Assembly (NCBI GenBank): GCA_036172245.1
Contig: JAYWIR010000012.1
Location: forward strand, 2,294,001 to 2,358,000
DNA length: 64,000 nucleotides
Source of the DNA: Raillietiella orientalis
Lineage: Eukaryota
Direction of reading: 5' to 3'
Under the pieces are notes generated by a model. That model searched no databases. It saw only the letters and a list, made by a program, of their open reading frames with translations, and had not been told where the DNA came from. Shown piece by piece: positions 1 through 8,100 of this stretch. The stretch's first letter is position 1; every line of letters begins with the position of its first letter. The position numbers and the translations under genes are program-made.

Positions 1-1512
1 TCTCCCTCGGTGGGGAGCCGAGCCGCCCTTCCTCCCCGTCCAGCGCGTAGGACTCCGTTCTTCGTAGGTGGAGGACCCGGACGCCTCGCTCGTGCTGCCT
101 CCTGGTCAGAAAGAACGCCTGGGAACTGGCGCGGTAGCGCGCGCGATCTCCCGGGGGTGCCGCGACTCGCCGACCAGCTGCGCCGGGGGACGGCGTCGCG
201 CTCCCACCACAAGCATGCGGAGCGGCCCAGGGAAGCCCTTGCGACTGCCCTCCGAACTGCTGACCTCCGACCTCTCGCGCGCTCGAGGGCACGAGAACCC
301 CGAGATGCCCCCCTGCGATCTGACTAGAGTCCCTTCCCCCCGCCGCATCAAGGGCGCCCTCCTCCTGGAGTTCCTTCGGAGGTCACGCCCAGGGAGACCA
401 CGCGGGAAGCTGCGTGAGCCGCGTGCGGGTAACGCGAGCCGACGCGGGGCGCCACCCGCAGAATCCGGGCGGCCGGAAAGCAAAGGGCGGGGCGGAGAGG
501 CGGAGGGAGGGCTCCTGACGAAAACACGAAAATCTCTTAAAACCTTGGAGCCCGACCAGCATCCCGTCCGGAGATCTGGAAAATCTCCTCCCTTGGAAAC
601 GAACGGGCGCCGGTTGTCTTCGTCAGAAGAACGCCCGCCGGGCGACGCGCGCGGAGCTCTCTCGCTGGGTGGTACCCCTGCACCCCACCCCAGTCCACCA
701 GTCTGGCGGAGGAGGAGGATGTTCGGCTGCGCGCGCCAGCGCCAGCGAGGGAGCACTCTCTGCGCGGGGGAGAGCATTGCCTTTGGCGACCGCTGTATTC
801 CTCCTCGCACTCCCGCCGCCGTCGGGAGCTCCTCCCCCGGCTGGTCCAGATCGGGGCGCGCACTCTGGACCCCTCCTCCAGCTCTTCCCGCCCGCACCGC
901 GGAAGCGCGCTGGTGGCACTCCCTGCTCCTCCTTTCGGGGTCCCTTCAGCAGCCGAGCGCCCGTGCTTGGTAAATCGCCATGTCCCCGGGGAGGTGCGCG
1001 CACCTTCCGGGTTTCCCTTGCGGTCCTGCGCACTTCTCTTGCGCCGGCCGGGTGAGAGGGAAAAGGAGGGGGGGTCTCTCCCACCCCCGGAAGACCTCCC
1101 CATCGGAGAGCAAGAAGGCGCCGTGCTCCCCTTGACCGTGATCCATCCGTCCGGTTGGGTCTCCCCTTCGAATGCGCGCTCGCTCGCTCGCAGAAGAAGG
1201 GAGAGAGAGCGAGGCGTTGCTGGGAGACCGGGCCACCACCGGAGGCGCTGGACAGGGGCGACGCGGGTCCCTTCTTTCCCCTTCTTGGGTCGGACGGGGT
1301 CGAGCGGGAGGCCAACGAGTGGAGCCACCCCCTACCCTCCTCCGGCACGCCCCCCTGGGATGATTCCCGAAAGCTGCAACGACGGTCCAGCTGGGACCGG
1401 GGCTGTCCCAGGCTGCGACGCCACCGGGGATATCCAGGACGAGGGCGCGAGGGCGCCTGCGACATCCCACCGATACTGTGGCTTCCCTTGCGCTGCGGAG
1501 CGGGCGAGGAGG

Positions 1513-1579
1513 ACTTCCGCCATTTTGGATCTCCGGAAACGGGGTTCTCCGCTCCTTTCGGGAGCTGCCCAGATTGGCT
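1513..1579 (-). promoter_or_regulatory. CCAAT plus YY1/ETS composite motif cluster
   Basis: Minus strand AGCCAATCTG (1570-1579), then CAAAATGGCGGAAGT (1513-1527). Confidence 0.3.
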
Positions 1580-2624
1580 GGAGAAACCGCATGAGGTCTC
1601 TGCTCCTCCCAGGAGGTGAAGGGTCGGCGGGATTCACCCGCCTCCCCGCCGAAGGGGAGTGGGAGCCAGCAGCGTTGACCCTGTTGGCCCTTCTCCACAA
1701 GGCAACGCTGCTGGGGCGCATTGACTGTGCCATCGGGGAGGCATCTTAAGGGAGGTGTGGGAAGGTCCTGGAAACTGTGTCTCCCCCCCTCCCGCATTTC
1801 CCGCACGTCCGGGGGGGGGAGGCACGGGCGCGCGTCGAAGAGGGAGAAACGCGGGCGAAAGGAGTTCGACCATGGGCAGCTGGGGACGGGGCAGTGGGGT
1901 TCTCCGGAGTGGAGCGGCGGACGGGGGGTGGAGGGAGCGTAAAAGCTCAGGGAGCAGGTCCAGAGCACTCCTCGCCGTTTCCCCAGGAAACGGGCGCGCT
2001 CCAGCTAGCGGGGAGCCGTGAAGAGGGGGTAGCGACCTCACGGGCGTCGCGTCGGATGGGGCTGTCGTTCGCCTCGGGCGGCAGAGCGGGCCGAGGGCTG
2101 GGAGAGAGACCCGCGCTCCGGCCGCAGCCTCCCCCTGCACCGCCTCCCTGCTGTGGCATCTCCTTGGCTTCGTGCGCCCTCCTGCCGAAGTCCGGCGCGG
2201 CGGGGAGAGGGGGGGACAGAGCACGTGGAGCGAAGGCAGAGGCGCCTAGCGAGGAAGCGCGGAGCGTGCGTCGCGTGCGCGCTCGGAAACGGGGTCCCGG
2301 GGGCGAGCGGGCCGTGCGGACGTCCCGAGGTGCGGCCCGCTCGTTCCCGACTCGTCCGGGAGGTGCCAAGGAGGCCTGCGCGCTGCCTCCGGGATGCTGC
2401 TCTACCTTCTTCGTTGGCGGCGCTCCCCACCTTCGCAGCAGCAGAGGCATCCTTTCGGGACAAAAGGGCTGCGTCCTCCCTCGACCAGGCTCCCGTTGCT
2501 TTCCCGGGCCGCGCAGCGCGCTCATAAAAGGGAGGAAGGAACATGCGCGCAAACGCGGCCGCGGGAAGGGGCCCCGCAGCTGCCCGAGAGCACGCAGCAC
2601 ACACACACTCACACACACACTTAC

Positions 2625-2687
2625 TGTCTTGAGGGAAACCCATTTCGTCAACGGCTCCCTCTGAACGCATAAATTTTATCGCTTGCG
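2625..2687 (-). other. Orphan 63-nt exon of an unidentified minus-strand gene running off the left edge
   Basis: Strong acceptor tttttcctcctctccttttag and consensus donor ACA|gtaagt; only one frame is open (QAIKFMRSEGAVDEMGFPQD, two ATGs). Confidence 0.6.
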
Positions 2688-2713
2688 CTAAAAGGAGAGG
2701 AGGAAAAACATGC

Positions 2714-3040
2714 AAAAAAAAAAAAAGAAAGAAAGAAAGAAAAAAATGGTGCGTATTTATAAAAAAAAAAAAACAAAAAAAAAAAGAAGGAAAGAAAGAA
2801 AGAAAAGGAACAAAAAGAAAAAAAAAGGAAAAACGAAAAAGAATGCAACCCGTTCGATCTCCGACGAAATCTTGTCCCGGAGCCTCCGAGATTTGGATTT
2901 GGAATTTGCGTTTGTTCGTGAGCGAATTGCCAGCTGTTTGCAAGAAAAAAAAAAAAAAAAAAAAAAAGGAGAGAGGGGGGGGAGAGAGAGGAAAACGAGA
3001 GATACAAGAAAAAGGAAGGAAGGAAGAAAGAGGAAGAGGA
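2714..3040. repeat. A/AG-rich low-complexity tracts
   Basis: Long A runs and GAAA repeats; these form the pyrimidine-rich side of the 2687 acceptor on the minus strand. Confidence 0.85.
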
Positions 3041-3649
3041 TGGGACGAGGGAACGGGTAGCAGCAGCAGCGACAGAACGAGAGTTTGTATGCTGCGAAAA
3101 TCACGGGAACCGCCAGCGGGCGGGTGGGGAATTGGGGTGGTGGGGTGGGGTGGGGGGTAAGCAGGGATCCCATGACGACGGGTAGCAACCTGCTGCTGCT
3201 GCTGCTGCAAGAACCTGCTCTTCGTACGGATGCGGTCCCCCCCCTATCCCACGCCTGCCTGCGCCGTTCCTGTTCGGTCAACCACGGCGCCGAAACGGTT
3301 CGACGGAAAACCCGATTGGCACTCCCGGCCGTTCGGAGGGAAGGGCGGCACCGCCGCATCCCGGAGCTTCCCCGCCTCCCATTGTTGCCGCCCATTGTTT
3401 CTCGCCTGCCGCGCGACCAACTGCGAGCGGGGATCCCAACAATGCACGACGGCGCGCGCTCACCTCGGGCTTTGCGCGCGCCCGGTGCGCGCGTCCGCCC
3501 GCTTCGCGCGCGCCCGAACGCGACCACCGTGCGGCCCGGCTGCGATTTTGAACCCGACTGGTGGGACTTCTATTGCATTTTAGCTTAGCAACGATGGAGG
3601 CTGCTCAGATAGGGTGGCAGGATAAAACAGTTGCAGCAGCGAGGGAAAG

Positions 3650-3658
3650 TGACCTTGA
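3650..3658 (-). promoter_or_regulatory. Perfect ERR response element TCAAGGTCA
   Basis: Plus strand reads TGACCTTGA, the reverse complement of the TNAAGGTCA consensus; lies upstream of ERR. Confidence 0.45.
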
Positions 3659-4255
3659 ATAGCGTTTCTTATCTTTCGCCGCTGCTGTGCGCCCGGGAGG
3701 GGAGGGAGGGTGGAGTGTGGGGGGGGGGGAGGGGAGGGGAGGGGAGGGGGGGCTACTACTGCTCACAGAAAATGTAGGTAAATCGTCCTGGAATGCCATG
3801 CAAACACGGCTCGAACTGCAATCGACGGCTTTGGATAACTCGCGAATTCCTTTGTCATGTCACACCACCATGATTTATTTTGGTTTCATCCCGATGCCGT
3901 TACGAGGTGCATCCCCGAGCTGCCGTAGGTCGCAATGGAGGTAAGATTTCTGTAATTGTTTCCTTGACATAATTCCGGTGCAGCATCGCGAACCGAAAAA
4001 GTTGTTGCATCAAAGATTTGTTATACATAGCAGACGCAGGAACGCATGCTCGTTTCCAAGGTACACTTTTCCGCGCATGCCTACTCGCGTGCAGTATTTA
4101 TTTTCGCACTTTCTCCTCCCAGCATCTCCTTCAGTTTGGTTTTTTTTCCCGGGGTGCGTGGTGTTTTTTTGCATGAGTTTATGAATGGGAGATGAGCGGA
4201 TGCAATACCTTGGTATCGTTTCGCTTTGACTGTCTTTGCTGACGTTATGTTTTAT

Positions 4256-4259
<4 letters not shown>

Positions 4260-4286
<27 letters not shown>

Positions 4287-4843
4287 GCGTTTCTCCCCAT
4301 CGATCTACAAGTTAATTGCTCGTGCGTTTGGAGAAGAAAAAAAAAAAAAAAAAAAGGAAAAAAGTATCGGTGAAACATGCGAAAAGATCGAGAAATGGAC
4401 CATTCTGCTTTGCTGCCGTGTGTGTCTGTGTGTGTGTGTGTGTGTTTTTTTTTTTTGTGTGTGTGTGTGTGTGTTTCGTTTTCCTTTTGCGCTTGTCAAT
4501 GGTTCGTTTCGATTTCATTTCGGCGGAAAATCTTCTCGAATGCGTTCTCCAGTGAGTCGATTCGGTGCCTAGCAACCCGGTTTGCCGAGATGCGTGATGA
4601 TGGACAAATGTGAACTGAATTGATTTTCAATCCCACTGTGTCATAGCGGCGTGTTTTTGTACAATGGGAAAAATACATGTATGCAATACATACGTATATA
4701 TAAATGCACGTATATGTGTGGTTTGCAGACCGAGGTAGCCCTGCGTTGACAGCAGTGTTTCGGAATGTGTTGCTAGCGAATTGAGCAAACACAAGCGTTC
4801 AACTTGTAGTTGCCGCAGTCGCCAGAAAGAGAGAGATAGAGAT

Positions 4844-4882
<39 letters not shown>

Positions 4883-4908
4883 AAGAAGAAGAAGAAGAAG
4901 AAGAAAAA
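4260..4908. repeat. Microsatellite cluster: poly-T, poly-A, (GT)n, (GA)n, (GAA)n
   Basis: Poly-T ~4260-4286, poly-A ~4337-4354, (GT)n ~4417-4474, (GA)n/(GAA)n ~4829-4905. Confidence 0.9.
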
Positions 4909-5074
4909 TGAGCACTGGCGTTTGTGGTACGCGTTCTGTGGCAGCATCTCGGATTTTGTGTGGATGATAGCACGGAACACTTAAACACCAAGAGAAAAGA
5001 AAATGCAGGATTCCTTCGATGCGTGCCCGTCCTCCCCTTTCTAAGTACGCGCAGACATTTTCCTAGTGGACAGA

Positions 5075-5101
5075 ATGGACGAACCTTGGAAGGATCAGCT
5101 G
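5075..5101 (+). CDS. ERR: ERR candidate first coding exon (MDEPWKDQL)
   Basis: ATG in AGAATGG context, 9 codons, then donor CTG|GTATGT at 5102; phase 0 joins in frame to the exon at 6677. Confidence 0.6.
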
Positions 5102-8100
5102 GTATGTAAACCTTTCCCCCCCCCCGCTCCCGGTTCATGTGAAAAACCTCTGGCGTCACCCTCAACCCTTTCCCCGCCGAAAAGAAGCGGCAGCACCACC
5201 AGGAGGGGGACGGAAACGGATGAAAACGAAAGTTTCTTTCTTTCTTCCTTTTTTTTTTCATTTTGGGATTTCCCTTGCCCTACTCCTCCCCTGAGATCGT
5301 TTATCCTTCCACCCCCTCCTCCCCTCTTCCCCCAGCGGTGGCGTGTACTGCTGGCGGAGTCCATAATAGGAGCCATGTGTGCGCACTTGCCCCCCCCCCC
5401 CTTCCCTCCGTCCCTCCTCGCCGCCCCGCATCCCTCGTTTCCGTGCTAGCGGAAACGTCTTCCATGCTCCTGACCCCTTTTCCCACTGCGCTTGACAGTT
5501 GTGATAAAGGCTGCGGGGATGCACGCCCGTACGGGGCGGACGAGAGGGAAGCGCGGCATCTCGGCAGAGACATTTCGCTCGCGGGGAAACGTCCTTTCCG
5601 CGAATTCTTGGAGATGCTGCTGCCTGCGCCGAGGAGCGCGGCGTCACAGTTGATCGCCAGCGCGTTCGGCATGGCGAGTCAGCGTGGACGGACGCGGCTG
5701 TAGCGGTCCGGGTGAGTCCATCCAATGTTTGTCCGGTGCGAAATAGGAGACGGGGGTGGGGAGGAGGAGGGAGAGGAACGCTCGTGGGACAGTTCGCGTA
5801 CCTTCGGAACGCACTCGTTCCCTCGCCAGGCGGATGGGTGGAGGCTGGCTGAAGCGGGAGCGAAGGGAAGCAAGGTTTGGCGCCGCAGCTGCTCGAAGAC
5901 GTGAGCGGGGAGCGCCGCTCGCAGCATCGGGCGACCGGTCGCCAGGAGTGCGTGAGCCTGCCTTGCCCTACTGCGCGCGCGCGCGGAAGAGGGAACGAGA
6001 GAGAGGGAGAGAGAGAGGGCGCGCTCCAGCTGCCTCGTGGTCCCCGAACCAAGCAAGCCGTCGGCTCCCCTTCCTTCCCGGCATACCGACGTTCCCTCTT
6101 GGCACGGCTGGCGTGCGCATGGATCACGTGGAGAGCGACGCGAAGCCAAGGAAGGGACGGCGTCTCTCGCGCTCGCCGTTTCCCGGCCGCACTTGCGTGG
6201 AGGGCGGGCTGCGGGGAACGGGAGAGAGAGAAAGGGGGGGGGGAGGAAGGAAAGCAGCGCCCATCCCTGCGTAGCCACATTCGCAGCAGCAGCAGCAGCA
6301 GCAGCAGCAACTTTTCTCCGGCAGGCACGCCCTCTGCCTGTAGGAAGTTGGGGGCTCCGTTATCACCGGTCCGCGGGCCAATCAGCGAAGTCATCCGCCG
6401 GCCTCTCGCTCGCTCGCGCTGCTCGTCCCCTCCGCCAGTGCAGAGCGAAGGGTAGGCGAAGGCGAGCTCACTCGGCCTCCTCCTCTCCACCCCGTCCCCT
6501 ATTCCTCCCCCCTATTCGGAGATCGGAGGGAGGCTGGCGGTGCTCCCGGTCTCTGTCCGCCGGATCGGAGAAAGGGAGCGCCCGTCCCGGAAAAGTTTGG
6601 GGGGAAGGCGGGAGGATAGAAAGGTCGCGGGAGGTCGGTCGATCCTGAGACGGGAGCGCACTATCCTGCCTTCCAGATCTCCGTCGTGTCGGACCCGGAC
6701 GCCACCATCTTCGCGGACATGAAGAGGGAAGGCGCGCTGTACCTCCAGGATTGCCTCTCCTGCAAGGAGGAGGAGGATCCCGGCGGCTACCTGTCGGAGT
6801 GCTCCCCGAGCAACAGCGACCTCTACTCCCCGGGAGTGTCCAACCTACAGAAGGAGGTAGCTAGGCTCCTGCACGCGCCTCCGGCAGCGCCTCGCCCGTG
6901 CCCTCCCCCTCCTCCCTTTTCCTCCTCCCTCCCCCCCCTGACCCTTCTTCCTGCTGCAGATCGACGAGGCGGATGGATCTCCCAAGCACTTCTTCTACGG
7001 GTCTCCCCTCTCGCCGGGCAGTCCCGACAGGCATCTGTACTCCCCTGCGGCGCGCATCCTGGAGAACGGATACTCCGTCTCGGAGGTAAGGAGGGGGGAG
7101 CGCGCAGCGGCGCTCAGGGGCAGGGGAGGGTCCCTAAGCACCGAGGGAAGGGCACCGCCTTCGTTCCCTGCCATCACGCCGCCCTGCATCGCACGGGCAC
7201 CCGAGCGCGCGGGAGCGGGAGAAGGGAAGAAAGACTCCGTCGCCACCCCTGCCATGCCGCCCTCTTGCAGATCTCCAAGGACGACGACTCGCCCAAGAGG
7301 CTGTGCCTGGTCTGCGGCGACGTCGCCTCCGGGTTCCACTACGGCGTAGCCTCCTGCGAGGCGTGCAAGGCCTTTTTCAAGAGGACCATCCAAGGTGAGC
7401 CCTCCCGCCCTCGGGCGCTTGGCAGGGAAATTCCGGGACCAGCGGCACCTGCGGATGGAAGGCGGCGGGGGGGAATGGGGGTGGGGGAAGGGGCGCGGAG
7501 GAGGTGATGGTGGTGGTGGCCTGCTGAGCCGAGTTGCCCCTCCCTTTCTTCCCTTGCAGAGCTGACCATGGCTCGCCCTCTCTCTCTACCTGCGACAATC
7601 GTCACCCCCAACTCGCAGCACAGTGGAAGTCCTTCTGGGGTCGTGGTGCTGCGGCTGCTCCGCGTAGGTTTGGAGGATGAGGCGGGTTTTCTTCCCCATC
7701 CCGACCACCCCTTCTTGCCTTCGTGGCCCTGTTCCCTCCTCCCTTCCCCCCTCCCTTCAAAAAAAGGAAAGAAAGAACACTTCTGGGTGACCAAGGAGGA
7801 GCTGGCGCGTTTTCCAGAACTCCGGCCTTTCGAGACTCCACGTGGTCTCGGGACGACGGAGAAAACTCACGCGAGAGAGCACCCGTGTTGCTGGTCACGA
7901 GGCCACCAGGCAACTCCTTCCTCCTGCTACCATCCTCTCCGCGGTCACCGGGAACAGGTGTCCTTCCCCCGCACCGCAGTGGGAAGAAACAACCCTCCCG
8001 GCCTGTGGCATGCCGGGCCGCGAGGAGCAGGGAACTTAGAATAGGAGGAGTACGGGTGGCACGGGGTCTTCGACGGTCCGTTTTTAGTGCCCTTTGCCTT

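Noticed and set aside
2648..3210. Lys/Arg-rich and Phe-rich ORFs resembling basic or membrane proteins
   Set aside because: They are translations of A/AG and T/TC low-complexity tracts.
4700..4720. miR-277-like TAAATGCAC; also miR-137-like GAGAATACACG (~63063), miR-29-like (~14095) and miR-1-like (~14529)
   Set aside because: Short or seed-mismatched matches, on the wrong hairpin arm or without a complementary star arm.
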